The notes: generated from the sequence alone by a model not told the origin. Shown: positions 18,718 to 28,327, counted from the stretch's first letter. The stretch is 61,975 bases of DNA from Bacteroidota bacterium (GCA_005788035.1 SXZI01000029.1:1-61975); one strand, 5' to 3'. A program made the numbers and translations.

Positions 18718-19677
18718 ATGAAACGTATCGGACTACTTACAAGCGGCACTGATGCCCCAGGCATGAATGCGCTCATCAGATCAGTGGTGAGAACGGCTGA
18801 ATCAAAAAAATTGGAAGTGATTGGCATTTCTCATGGATTCAAAGGAATCGTTGAAGAACAGTTTAGAACACTGGGAAGAGCAGACACTGCCAATATCGTC
18901 GGCCTCGGCGGAACAATTCTGAAAACAAGTAAATATATGCCCATAGAAGAAGAGCATGTTCGGAAACAAGCAGTAGAACAACTACGGAAAGCCGGCATTG
19001 AGGGATTAATTGCCACCGGAGGACCTTGGTCTTTGAAATATCTTCATCTCATGGGGAAAGAGCATAATTATCCTGTTGTTGGAGTTGGTGCTATCATAGA
19101 TAATGATGTGTATGGAACCGATTATACCATTGGTTATGACTCTGCATTGAATACTGCTGCAGAAGCGATCGATAAAATTCGTGATACAGCAGATTCAATG
19201 GGGAATGTTTTCATCATCGAAGTGATGGGAAGCCAAGCAGGTTATATCGCCATCAATGTGGGTATCGGTTGTGGCGCGGAATATATTGCCATTCCTGAGA
19301 CCATAACGAATATCCCCGATCTTCACCGTCGCATCTCAACCCGTAATGCCGATAAACGATATATCATCGTGATTGGTGAAGGTGATGAAGTGGGCGGAGG
19401 ATTTGATCTCGCGAAAATTTTGAAAGATTCTTATAATATCGACAGTACAGTATCGGTGTTGGGAGCAATGCAGAAAGGTGGAAAACCATCAGTAGCAGAT
19501 CGAATCCTTGCAAGCCGTCTTGGTCATGCTGCTGTTGAAGCCATGATAGATGGCAATACAAATTCCATGGTTGGCATTATCAATGGTTCTGTTCATCATA
19601 CGCCATTGCCATTGACATTTGAACGCAAAAAAATATTGCCTGATTACTTGGTTTCATTGTCTGATATTCTTGCTTGA
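18718..19677 (+). CDS. phosphofructokinase-family protein with non-canonical active-site residues
   Basis: MKRIGLLTSGTDAPGMNALIRSVV…GAIIDNDVYGTDYTIGYDSAL…IIEVMGS…VLGAMQKGG is clearly PFK-A family, but several signature residues differ (see findings). ATG at 18718 is chosen because homology begins there. Confidence 0.8.
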   Translation: MKRIGLLTSGTDAPGMNALIRSVVRTAESKKLEVIGISHGFKGIVEEQFRTLGRADTANIVGLGGTILKTSKYMPIEEEHVRKQAVEQLRKAGIEGLIATGGPWSLKYLHLMGKEHNYPVVGVGAIIDNDVYGTDYTIGYDSALNTAAEAIDKIRDTADSMGNVFIIEVMGSQAGYIAINVGIGCGAEYIAIPETITNIPDLHRRISTRNADKRYIIVIGEGDEVGGGFDLAKILKDSYNIDSTVSVLGAMQKGGKPSVADRILASRLGHAAVEAMIDGNTNSMVGIINGSVHHTPLPLTFERKKILPDYLVSLSDILA

Positions 19678-19688
19678 TTGGAGCCGAT

Positions 19689-19973
19689 ATGAACATTGAT
19701 TTTACAGGCATTGTCCAAATGTTTCAATTAGAAGGGTTTACCGCTCTCGGAAAAATCGCTCATCCAATGACGGGTAAAACCGAGAGAAATCCTGAACAGG
19801 CTTCATTTGTTATTGACCTTCTTGCTATCCTGCAAGAAAAAACTGCGGGAAATCTGACCGATACAGAGTCTCGGCTACTTGATACTGTTTTGAGAGATCT
19901 GCGTTTGAACTATGTCGCAGATACTACTTCGCCGGCAGCATCAAATCCGGATACCCCCGGTGATTTGTCATGA
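19689..19973 (+). CDS. DUF1844-like small protein
   Basis: …QASFVIDLLAILQEKTAGNLTDTESRLLDTVLRDLRLNYV… resembles the DUF1844 core. The stop overlaps the nadK ATG (ATGA at 19970-19973). The track start at 19674 is a TTG, and ATG at 19689 is preferred. Confidence 0.6.
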   Translation: MNIDFTGIVQMFQLEGFTALGKIAHPMTGKTERNPEQASFVIDLLAILQEKTAGNLTDTESRLLDTVLRDLRLNYVADTTSPAASNPDTPGDLS

Positions 19974-20860
19974 AATCAATCGGTCTGTATGTAAATCCGG
20001 ATCGTGAAGGTGCGGTTCAAGCAGCTAAACATGCCGCATCGATTCTTTTTGATCTTGGTGCTGAATGCTGTGCTGAACCAAGTATTGCTCAATCATTGCC
20101 GGAAAATATTCGTTCTCGCATACATGTTTTGCATGCTGTGGAGTTTGAACGTTTTGCCGATCTTGTGATTGTCTTTGGTGGTGATGGAACAATGCTTACC
20201 GCTGCTCGATTATTCTCCGGATCAGACCTGCCGCTTATGGGTGTGAATGTTGGACGCCTTGGTTTCTTGGCTGAATTTAATTTGGAAGAATTACCCAAAG
20301 CTCTAAAAGATGTCCTTTCAGGTGATTATCGAATTGTTGATCGTACATTGCTCGAAGCACAAGTAGGAGGCAAAACAATTCATGCTTTCAATGAGATTGT
20401 GTTTGAGAAAAAAGAATCTTCCAGACTCATTACCACTCATATTGCTCATCAACAATATCTAATTGCATCATATCGCGCTGATGGAGTGATCATAGCTACA
20501 CCAACTGGCTCTACGGCTTATTCATTGTCATGTGGTGGCCCAATTATAACTCCTTCATCATCAGTGCTTTGTATTACTCCGATTTCTCCTCATTCACTAA
20601 CAATGAGGCCGCTGATCATACCTGATACACTCGAATTAACAGTAAAAGTTGATGCACCTGATGGTGAAGCCAGAATGGTTGCAGATGGACAAATTGAACT
20701 ATCCATTACAAAACAAGATCAGGTGCTCATTCGCAGATCATCTACACAAGTGAAAATCGTTAAACATGCAGACAGCACATTCTTTGACCTCCTCCGCAAT
20801 AAATTGTTGTGGTCGGTTGATCCTTCTGCATTTGAACAATCAACAGATGAGAAGCATTGA
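19970..20860 (+). CDS. nadK: NAD+ kinase
   Basis: VIVFGGDGTMLTAARL, NVGRLGFLAEF and ADGVIIATPTGSTAYSLSCGGPI are canonical NadK motifs. Confidence 0.9.
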   Translation: MKSIGLYVNPDREGAVQAAKHAASILFDLGAECCAEPSIAQSLPENIRSRIHVLHAVEFERFADLVIVFGGDGTMLTAARLFSGSDLPLMGVNVGRLGFLAEFNLEELPKALKDVLSGDYRIVDRTLLEAQVGGKTIHAFNEIVFEKKESSRLITTHIAHQQYLIASYRADGVIIATPTGSTAYSLSCGGPIITPSSSVLCITPISPHSLTMRPLIIPDTLELTVKVDAPDGEARMVADGQIELSITKQDQVLIRRSSTQVKIVKHADSTFFDLLRNKLLWSVDPSAFEQSTDEKH

Positions 20861-21511
20861 ATGAATGCACTCTTGTTTGATCTTGATGGAACCTTGACGG
20901 ATTCTGCGCCCGGAATTATCAAATCCGTTAAATATGCACTTGAATCAATTCAGGCCCCAATTCCTTCAGATGAAATATTACAGAGATTTTTGGGTCCACC
21001 TTTATGGGAATCATTTCCTGTGTATTGTCAATTCGATGAATCTTCAACAAGGGAAGCCGTCCGATTGTACAGAGAATATTATGCCGTCAAAGGCATCTAT
21101 GAACAAGAACTCTATGAGGGCATTCCGGAACTGATGCTCGAATTGAATCAAGCTGGCTTGCCATTATTTGTTGCAACGGCAAAACCAGACATGTATGCCG
21201 GTAAAATTCTAGAGCACATGAAGCTTGATCATCTTTTCGTAGATATTTGCGGAGCAAGCGCTGATAATTCACGAGCAGACAAAACCTCAATCATTGGTCA
21301 TGTGATTGAAAAACATGGCCTCAATCCGAATGCTTCGTGGATGATAGGTGATAAAGAGCATGATATTTACGGAGCGCATGCACATTCAATGAAGTCGATA
21401 GCCTGTTTATACGGATATGGCATGCAGAATGATCTTGAGCAATCTGCTCCTACCCATATGTGCTCATCAGTTCAGGATTTAAGAGATGTATTGTTGAATC
21501 TGCAATTGTAA
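20861..21511 (+). CDS. HAD-IA family phosphatase (phosphoglycolate-phosphatase-like)
   Basis: MNALLFDLDGTLTDS (DxDGT motif I), …VATAKP… (motif II) and …GDKEHDI… (motif IV). The start abuts the nadK stop with 0 nt gap. Confidence 0.8.
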   Translation: MNALLFDLDGTLTDSAPGIIKSVKYALESIQAPIPSDEILQRFLGPPLWESFPVYCQFDESSTREAVRLYREYYAVKGIYEQELYEGIPELMLELNQAGLPLFVATAKPDMYAGKILEHMKLDHLFVDICGASADNSRADKTSIIGHVIEKHGLNPNASWMIGDKEHDIYGAHAHSMKSIACLYGYGMQNDLEQSAPTHMCSSVQDLRDVLLNLQL

Positions 21512-21595
21512 TGAAGAGGAGCATAAATTCTCCTTTTCATGTTGAACACAGAAATTTTCTAAATTGATGTAGAATAGTACATCCAAAGAATATCA

Positions 21596-22606
21596 ATGGA
21601 ACATAACACTCAACATATTGTAAACATCGAAGAAAAGTTTTCTCTTTACAGAAAACGCATAGATGAATATCTCTCGCAATCCCATGAAGGGGGAGTGCCG
21701 GCAATACTATATGATCCAATTGAATATATTGTTTCAGCCGGAGGAAAAAGGCTCAGACCGATCATTACCATGCTTGCTTGCGAAAGCATTGGAGGAATTG
21801 GATATGCAGCAGCGGGTTGCGGAGCTGCTTTAGAGATATTGCACAACTTCACATTGGTTCATGATGATATCATGGACAAATCTCCATTGCGTAGAGGTAG
21901 AGATACTGTGCATGTGAAATGGGATGAAGCATCTGCAATTCTCAGTGGTGATGTGATGATGGGTTTAGCCTATCGACTACTCATCAATGAAGTGAAAGAT
22001 TCTCCAAGAGCTTTGGAAATCATGTCCAAATTCACTCAAGGTCTGATCGATGTCTGTGAAGGTCAAGCACAAGATCTTGAGTTCCAACAAACACCCATTG
22101 TATCCATGGAAGAGTATCTGTCCATGATAGAAATGAAAACAGCACGGCTCATTGAATTGTCTGCAATCATAGGCGCTCTCTATGCCAATGCGAATGAACA
22201 ACAAATCAATGCCTTGCATTCTTATGCCAATCATCTGGGGATTGCATTTCAGGTGCAAGATGATGTTCTTGACTTACTTGCAGACAATAAAGAATTCGGT
22301 AAGGTAATCGGACAAGATCTTTTGGAAGGGAAAAAAAGTTATTTCATTGTGCGCGCTTTTGAATGCATCAAAGATGGTGAAGATGCTCAATTCATCGAAC
22401 GATATATTCAAAACAAGGGTATCCCCAAAGAACAAATTCCTATAGCAATAGATATATTTCGAAGACATGGCATCATTGATGATGCAGTGCAAACAGTACA
22501 ATCGCATGTACATGCAGCGCAGTCCGCATTGTCTATGCTGCCAAAAAATGATGGAACATTCGGGCTTGAATTGATTGCTGATAAAATGGCTGTGCGTACT
22601 GTGTGA
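21596..22606 (+). CDS. polyprenyl diphosphate synthase (GGPP/long-chain type)
   Basis: Two Asp-rich motifs, LVHDDIMD and FQVQDDVLD, plus GKRLRP. Confidence 0.85.
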   Translation: MEHNTQHIVNIEEKFSLYRKRIDEYLSQSHEGGVPAILYDPIEYIVSAGGKRLRPIITMLACESIGGIGYAAAGCGAALEILHNFTLVHDDIMDKSPLRRGRDTVHVKWDEASAILSGDVMMGLAYRLLINEVKDSPRALEIMSKFTQGLIDVCEGQAQDLEFQQTPIVSMEEYLSMIEMKTARLIELSAIIGALYANANEQQINALHSYANHLGIAFQVQDDVLDLLADNKEFGKVIGQDLLEGKKSYFIVRAFECIKDGEDAQFIERYIQNKGIPKEQIPIAIDIFRRHGIIDDAVQTVQSHVHAAQSALSMLPKNDGTFGLELIADKMAVRTV

Positions 22607-24520
22607 TTAGTCAATCATCAAAGATGCAAATACTTGCTGTATCTCCTCAAGTGATTTAGAGCCAATATCTCCCACGCCATGTTCTCTGACAGAAACCTGC
22701 CTCATTTCTTGTTCTCTTTTACCAACCACGATTGCATACGGTATTTTCTTTTGCTCGCTTTCGGCAACTTTCCGTGAAATTTTCTCATTTCTTAGGTCGG
22801 TTTTCACCCTATATCCATGAGACTCAAACAAAGTAGTCAATTCCTGTGAATAACCATGTTGTTCTTCACTGATGGGAAGAATCGACAATTGGATAGGAGC
22901 AATCCAGAATGGGAAATTCCCAGCATAATGCTCAATCAAAATTGAAAGAAAACGTTCCATTGAACCGAATGGAGCTCTATGAATAATAACGGGACGATGC
23001 TTTGCATTATCGGCACCCGTATATTCCAATTGGAATCTTTCGGGCATTACATAATCTACCTGGACCGTACCAAGCTGCCATTTTCTGCCAATAGCATCAC
23101 GAACAATGAAGTCGATTTTTGGTCCGTAAAATGCAGCTTCACCCAAACCAATGAAATACTCTAGACCCATCTCGTCGGCAACATCTTTGATCTCTTTTTG
23201 AGCTCTTTCCCACAATGATAAATCACCACCATATTTATCAGCATTGTCATCTCGGAATGATAATCGGGTGCTTACATCCATTCCAAATGTTGTGAAGACT
23301 TTCTGTGTAATTTCTATCACTTGCTTGATTTCATTACGCAATTGGTCTTCCGTGCAATAAATATGCGCATCATCTTGAGTGAATCCACGAACTCTGGAAA
23401 GTCCATTCAATTCGCCCGATTGCTCATAACGATAAACTGTTCCAAATTCTGCAAGACGTACCGGCAAATCACGATAAGAACGGGGCTTCGATGCATAAAT
23501 CTGATGATGATGCGGACAATTCATGGGCTTGAGCAAATATTCTTCATCATCAACGGTGATTGGTGCAAATTGTGAATCGGCATAATAAGGATAGTGACCA
23601 CTTGTGCGATATAATTGGAGATTTCCAATATGTGGAGTGATCACTTCTTGATATCCACGTTTCACCTGTTCATTACGAAGGAAATTCTCAAGCGTTCTAC
23701 GTACTATCGTACCATTCGGAAGCCAAACGGGAAGCCCACCACCAATTATTGGTGATATCATGAAAAGTTCAAGCTCTTTGCCAATTCTGCGATGATCCCT
23801 TTTTTCAGCTTCTTCGCGCAATGTGATAAATTCTTCCAATTGATCTTTTTTGGGGAAAGCAATTCCATAAATTCTCGTCAATTGTTTTCTTGAGGAATCT
23901 CCGCGCCAATAAGCGCCGGCTACAGAAAGTAGTTTTGGATATTTCAATGTACCGGTTGATGGAACATGTGTGCCACGACATAAGTCGGTAAAATTTCCTT
24001 GAGTATAAAATGTAATTTCAGATTCCTTCAATCCTTCAAGCAATTCAAGTTTATATTCATCACCTTTTTCCTTGAAAAATGCAATGGCATCCTCCCAGGT
24101 TATTTCACGGCGAATGAAAGCAGAGTCGGCTTTGACCAATTCTTTCATCTTTTGCTCGATTGCAGGTAAATCTTCTACTGAAATTTTCACTCCTTCGGGA
24201 AGGTCAATATCATAGTAAAATCCTGCCTCAATTGAAGGACCAATGCCAAACTTCACTCCTGGATACAATGCTTCCAAAGCTTCGGCCATCAAATGCGCAG
24301 TCGAATGCCAAAAGATTTGTTTTCCCTCATCATCATTCCAAGTAATGATGCGAATTGCCGCATCATGATCAATGGGACGTGAAAGATCATAAGGGGTATC
24401 ATTCACAATGATGCCAAGGGCATTGCGAGCAAGTCCTTCTGAAATGGACAATGCAATTTCTTTTCCGGTTGAATGTAATGGGAATTCTCTAACCGTGCCG
24501 TCCGGGAATGTGATGTTCAT
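22607..24520 (-). CDS. thrS: threonine--tRNA ligase
   Basis: 637 aa with TGS, editing, class II core and anticodon-binding layout. …FWHSTAHLMAEAL…, …RGFTQDDAHIYC…, …HRAPFGSMERF…. Confidence 0.95.
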   Translation of the reverse strand: MNITFPDGTVREFPLHSTGKEIALSISEGLARNALGIIVNDTPYDLSRPIDHDAAIRIITWNDDEGKQIFWHSTAHLMAEALEALYPGVKFGIGPSIEAGFYYDIDLPEGVKISVEDLPAIEQKMKELVKADSAFIRREITWEDAIAFFKEKGDEYKLELLEGLKESEITFYTQGNFTDLCRGTHVPSTGTLKYPKLLSVAGAYWRGDSSRKQLTRIYGIAFPKKDQLEEFITLREEAEKRDHRRIGKELELFMISPIIGGGLPVWLPNGTIVRRTLENFLRNEQVKRGYQEVITPHIGNLQLYRTSGHYPYYADSQFAPITVDDEEYLLKPMNCPHHHQIYASKPRSYRDLPVRLAEFGTVYRYEQSGELNGLSRVRGFTQDDAHIYCTEDQLRNEIKQVIEITQKVFTTFGMDVSTRLSFRDDNADKYGGDLSLWERAQKEIKDVADEMGLEYFIGLGEAAFYGPKIDFIVRDAIGRKWQLGTVQVDYVMPERFQLEYTGADNAKHRPVIIHRAPFGSMERFLSILIEHYAGNFPFWIAPIQLSILPISEEQHGYSQELTTLFESHGYRVKTDLRNEKISRKVAESEQKKIPYAIVVGKREQEMRQVSVREHGVGDIGSKSLEEIQQVFASLMID

Positions 24521-24549
24521 AAGTTTGGTAAGAATAATAATCAGTGGTG

Positions 24550-24557
24550 CAAAGATA
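24550..24557 (-). promoter_or_regulatory. -7 box TATCTTTG upstream of thrS
   Basis: Perfect TAnnTTTG, 29 nt upstream of ATG 24520. Confidence 0.4.
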
Positions 24558-24596
24558 CCGTATTGCCCTTGAAAAAGGAAAAGGCCATTTCTTAGG

Positions 24597-25601
24597 CTAT
24601 TTGTTGAAGAGATTTTCTATGAGTTTTCTGGCAGCAATGCTGGGTACGATATTCTTTTGATGAATGTCATCCAAGTAAGCTTGCTTGTCCACATTCCATG
24701 AGTTTTGATTCTCAGCCCAAAGAATGAGTTCTCTGTGAAGTGCAATTTCAAACCATTCTTTTGCTTGTTGAGCCCTTCTTTCAATCAGTGCTTGGTGATG
24801 AGGGGCCGAATCATCGAAAAACGTATCGCACATTTTCAATAACTCTTGAATTCCATGTTGTTCAAGACCAGAACCCGTGATGACCGGAACATCCCAGCCC
24901 TGTGTTGGAGAATGCATTAATGATAGTGCGCTACGAACGTGGCCTTTCGCTATTTCAGCAAGAGGCAGCAATTGCCCATCGGCTTTATTGATGAACATCA
25001 TGTCTGCCAATTCCATTATGCCTCTTTTTATGCCTTGAATTTCGTCACCCGCATTCGGAAGCATCAATAATAGGAATGCATCTGTGATGGACCTTACTTC
25101 AACTTCAGATTGACCAACACCAACTGTCTCTATGATAATTGTTGTGAATCCTGCTGCCTCGCAAAGCAGCAATGCCTCACGCGTGGCATTTGATACACCA
25201 CCGAGCGTTAAGCGCGAAGGAGAGGGACGGATATATGCATTATCTGATCGAGCAAGCAAAGGCATGCGAACTTTATCTCCAAGTATGCTGCCTCCATGAG
25301 ATTGACTGCTAGGATCAATGGCTAAAACCGCAACCTTTTCCCCTTGCTCTATACATGCCAAACCGAATGATTCGATAAAAGTGGATTTACCAACGCCCGG
25401 GCTACCCGTGATTCCAATCCTTTTTGCATTTCCTGTATATGGGAGAAGAGCTTCCAGGACATTTTCAGTTGCTTTCCTATCTAAATCCAATGAGCTTTCA
25501 GCCATGGAAATGGCTTTTGACAAAGCACGGCGATTTCCTGCCTTAATATCAGATATCAGGTCATTCAAAGGATAATTTCTATCAAATGCAAGTGAATCCA
25601 T
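24597..25601 (-). CDS. meaB: MeaB/ArgK-type G3E GTPase (methylmalonyl-CoA mutase chaperone family)
   Basis: P-loop GITGSPGVGKSTFIE, ETVGVGQSE, and NKAD as MFINKADG. Confidence 0.85.
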   Translation of the reverse strand: MDSLAFDRNYPLNDLISDIKAGNRRALSKAISMAESSLDLDRKATENVLEALLPYTGNAKRIGITGSPGVGKSTFIESFGLACIEQGEKVAVLAIDPSSQSHGGSILGDKVRMPLLARSDNAYIRPSPSRLTLGGVSNATREALLLCEAAGFTTIIIETVGVGQSEVEVRSITDAFLLLMLPNAGDEIQGIKRGIMELADMMFINKADGQLLPLAEIAKGHVRSALSLMHSPTQGWDVPVITGSGLEQHGIQELLKMCDTFFDDSAPHHQALIERRAQQAKEWFEIALHRELILWAENQNSWNVDKQAYLDDIHQKNIVPSIAARKLIENLFNK

Positions 25602-25728
25602 ATCAAAGATTACGAGGAAAAATGGTGAGTTTTGAGCATGAACTTATTGATGATGTCAATTTTGCTCATAGAATAATCCGTAAATTTACAATAATCAGGT
25701 CGTAAATCATTGTCTCAAGAGTTTCGCC

Positions 25729-26598
25729 ATGCATTCTTTTTCTCGATTTCTGTCCTTATCAAGCTGTTTCTGCTTTGTATGCTTTTCCTTTTTTCAGATT
25801 TCATGCGTTTCTACATCCACATTTGATGCAGAGGTGAAAAAAGTGGATTCTTTACAGAAAGCCTTAATAGCAATGCATAATCAGAAACAGGAATTGGCAG
25901 CGAAGAATGTTGGAAATGCTGCTATGATCGATGACCTTCAACAAGAGATTCGATTATTGAAGGAAAAGACAAGAATATTGGAAGAACAATTGGATCAAGC
26001 AAAAAAAGCAAGCACGGATGAAATCAGAAATCTTCTTTCTCAATTGGAAAAAGCTGAAGAAGATCTTTTTACCCGAGAAACGATGCTTCGCGATGTTCAA
26101 GCATTGATGAAACAAAGGGATTCATCAATGAATGCATTAAGAGAGAGTGTTGAAAAGTCGCTACTTGGATTTAAAGACAGCGGACTCGAGATTGAAGTCA
26201 AAAACGGAAAAGTCTATGTGAAGATGTCTAATCAATTACTATTTAAATCAGGATCCACCACAATTGACAAAAGGGGTAGAGATGCTTTGCAGCAATTGGC
26301 AATTGTATTGTCCCAGCAACCTGATATATCTATCATGATTGAAGGCCATACCGATAATGTTCCCATAGGTTCTTCGCGTTTTGCGGATAATTGGGACCTC
26401 AGCGTTTTACGCTCGACTGAAGTAGCACGCATACTTACTGTTGAAAATGGCATAGATCCAAAGCGCATCATCGCTTCAGGAAGAAGTGAATTCATGCCAG
26501 TTGAAGAATCGAATGACCCGGAATCTCGAGCAAAAAACAGAAGAACGGAAATTATTTTAAGTCCTAAGTTGGATGAACTTTTGAATCTTGTGAAATAA
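25729..26598 (+). CDS. OmpA/MotB-domain protein with N-terminal coiled coil
   Basis: Signal/anchor FLSLSSCFCFVCFSFFQISC, a coiled-coil segment, and a C-terminal OmpA-like …IEGHTDNVPIG…NWDLSVLRSTEVARIL…GRSEFMPV…NRRTEIIL. Confidence 0.85.
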   Translation: MHSFSRFLSLSSCFCFVCFSFFQISCVSTSTFDAEVKKVDSLQKALIAMHNQKQELAAKNVGNAAMIDDLQQEIRLLKEKTRILEEQLDQAKKASTDEIRNLLSQLEKAEEDLFTRETMLRDVQALMKQRDSSMNALRESVEKSLLGFKDSGLEIEVKNGKVYVKMSNQLLFKSGSTTIDKRGRDALQQLAIVLSQQPDISIMIEGHTDNVPIGSSRFADNWDLSVLRSTEVARILTVENGIDPKRIIASGRSEFMPVEESNDPESRAKNRRTEIILSPKLDELLNLVK

Positions 26599-26602
26599 TA
26601 TC

Positions 26603-27400
26603 ATGAAAGCAAAGCAACGATTACTTGAAAGACAAAAAGCTATCTCATCCAGATTATGTGTTGGCTTGGATACGGAAATATCCAAGATTCCACCTTTTTT
26701 GCAAGGTTCAGAAAGTCCGATCACCACATTCAATGCATCTATCATCGAATCTACATCGATGCATGCATCAGCTTATAAAATCAATACCGCATTCTATGAA
26801 CAATATGGTGAGCATGGTTGGCAAGCATTGAAAAATACAATCTCTATGATTCCCAATGAAGTCTTTACCATTGCTGATGCAAAGCGTGCAGATATCGGTA
26901 ATACATCTTCGGCTTATGCTAGAGCCATCTTTGATGATCTGAATTGTGATGCAATTACGGTTAATCCGTATATGGGGTATGATTCATTGGCTCCATTTTT
27001 AGAAAGAGAAGATCGGATGGTGATCATCTTGGCTTTGACGTCGAATCCTGGATCCAAAGATTTTCAAAGACTCATTTCTGAGGGGAAGCCACTCTATCAG
27101 CATGTTATTGAAAGAGTCTTATCATGGAATTCATCCGCTTCTATTGGTTTTGTGATTGGAGCAACACATCCTGATGAATTGTCAATGATTCGTTCATATG
27201 CTCCGGATGAAATGTTGCTTATTCCTGGCATCGGTGCGCAAGGTGGGGACATAGACGCAATAATGAAGGCCAATGCAGATGGACCGGTCATGATCAATGT
27301 TTCGAGAGCAATTCAATATGCAGGTGATTCAGAGGATTTTGGGGAAAAGGCCTATGAAGCTGCGCAATTCTATAAAGAGCGCATTGGATTCAATACATGA
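26603..27400 (+). CDS. pyrF: orotidine-5'-phosphate decarboxylase (type 2)
   Basis: …RLCVGLDT…FTIADAKRADIGNTS…LLIPGIGAQGG…. Confidence 0.9.
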   Translation: MKAKQRLLERQKAISSRLCVGLDTEISKIPPFLQGSESPITTFNASIIESTSMHASAYKINTAFYEQYGEHGWQALKNTISMIPNEVFTIADAKRADIGNTSSAYARAIFDDLNCDAITVNPYMGYDSLAPFLEREDRMVIILALTSNPGSKDFQRLISEGKPLYQHVIERVLSWNSSASIGFVIGATHPDELSMIRSYAPDEMLLIPGIGAQGGDIDAIMKANADGPVMINVSRAIQYAGDSEDFGEKAYEAAQFYKERIGFNT

Positions 27401-28322
27401 AAGAGACATTCAAAAGAGACTGCATGCATATTTGATGTTGGGTCAGCATCGTTCCTTGAGCACTCTTGGTCATAGTATTTGTATCCTCAATCCGGGTAAA
27501 ATCAATCCATATGCTGGACCAGATTTTCTCGATATGGCAGTATTGATCAATGGAGAGTTGTCGGTTGGAAATGGAGAATTTCACAGGCGGACTTCTGATT
27601 GGTTTGCTCATGGGCATCATCTCGATATTCATTATCAACATCTTCTCTTGCACATTGTATTCGATAATGACATTTCATGCGAAATATCCAAGGAAACAAT
27701 CATTATCACAGAAGAATGCATTCCAATGAATGCAATTGTTGAAAAAGGGAATTCGCTGCATTCGCTTGATGATTTACAGGATTATGCATTGAGCAGACTT
27801 CTTCGAAAAAGAGATGAGGTAAACAAGATTGCAGATTCATTTGATGATCCCATGCAATTGCTTAAACTATACGGGTTGATATTTTTAGAAAGAAGGGTAT
27901 CATTAAGAAAAAGACATAGTCATGTCAGACCTCATAAAGCAATCATAGGGGCTTTCATTACCTCTCAATGTATTCAGGAATGTTTGAAGGGAAAGAATCT
28001 CCCATGTGACATCTCAAAGGTAGATATCCAGGCACGTGGCGGTCTATCGAAGCATATGTATATGGAATTATTCGTGAACTGCTTTGCGCCATTAGCACTA
28101 CTGCTTGAGATAGGTGATCAACAAGCGTTTAAAAGTTGGTATTGGACTCAGCCAAGTCTTTCAGTCTATCATTCATTATATGCTTCATTTCCTGATATTC
28201 CTCAATTGTTCATGTGGCAACAACAAGGTGTATTGGAGTGGCAAAGACATGTCTTTCATGGAAGAAATACAATTAAGGAATTGCTATATCCATATCATGC
28301 CGAATTAATGTGGGATGAATAA
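27354..28322 (+). CDS. DUF2851-family protein
   Basis: …NPYAGPDFLDMAVLINGELSVGNGEFHRRTSDWFAHGHHLDIHYQHLLLHIVFD… matches the DUF2851 core. The start is uncertain. Candidates are the track start at 27297, ATG at 27354 and TTG at 27384, and all of them overlap the pyrF 3' end. Confidence 0.7.
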   Translation: MKLRNSIKSALDSIHERDIQKRLHAYLMLGQHRSLSTLGHSICILNPGKINPYAGPDFLDMAVLINGELSVGNGEFHRRTSDWFAHGHHLDIHYQHLLLHIVFDNDISCEISKETIIITEECIPMNAIVEKGNSLHSLDDLQDYALSRLLRKRDEVNKIADSFDDPMQLLKLYGLIFLERRVSLRKRHSHVRPHKAIIGAFITSQCIQECLKGKNLPCDISKVDIQARGGLSKHMYMELFVNCFAPLALLLEIGDQQAFKSWYWTQPSLSVYHSLYASFPDIPQLFMWQQQGVLEWQRHVFHGRNTIKELLYPYHAELMWDE

Positions 28323-28327
28323 AAAAA

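Noticed and set aside
25630-25700. Short inverted repeat TGAGCA…TGCTCA and direct repeat CGTAAAT x2 in the meaB/ompA divergent intergenic region
   Set aside because: They are only 6-7 nt long in AT-rich DNA, which is well within chance expectation, and there is no supporting context.
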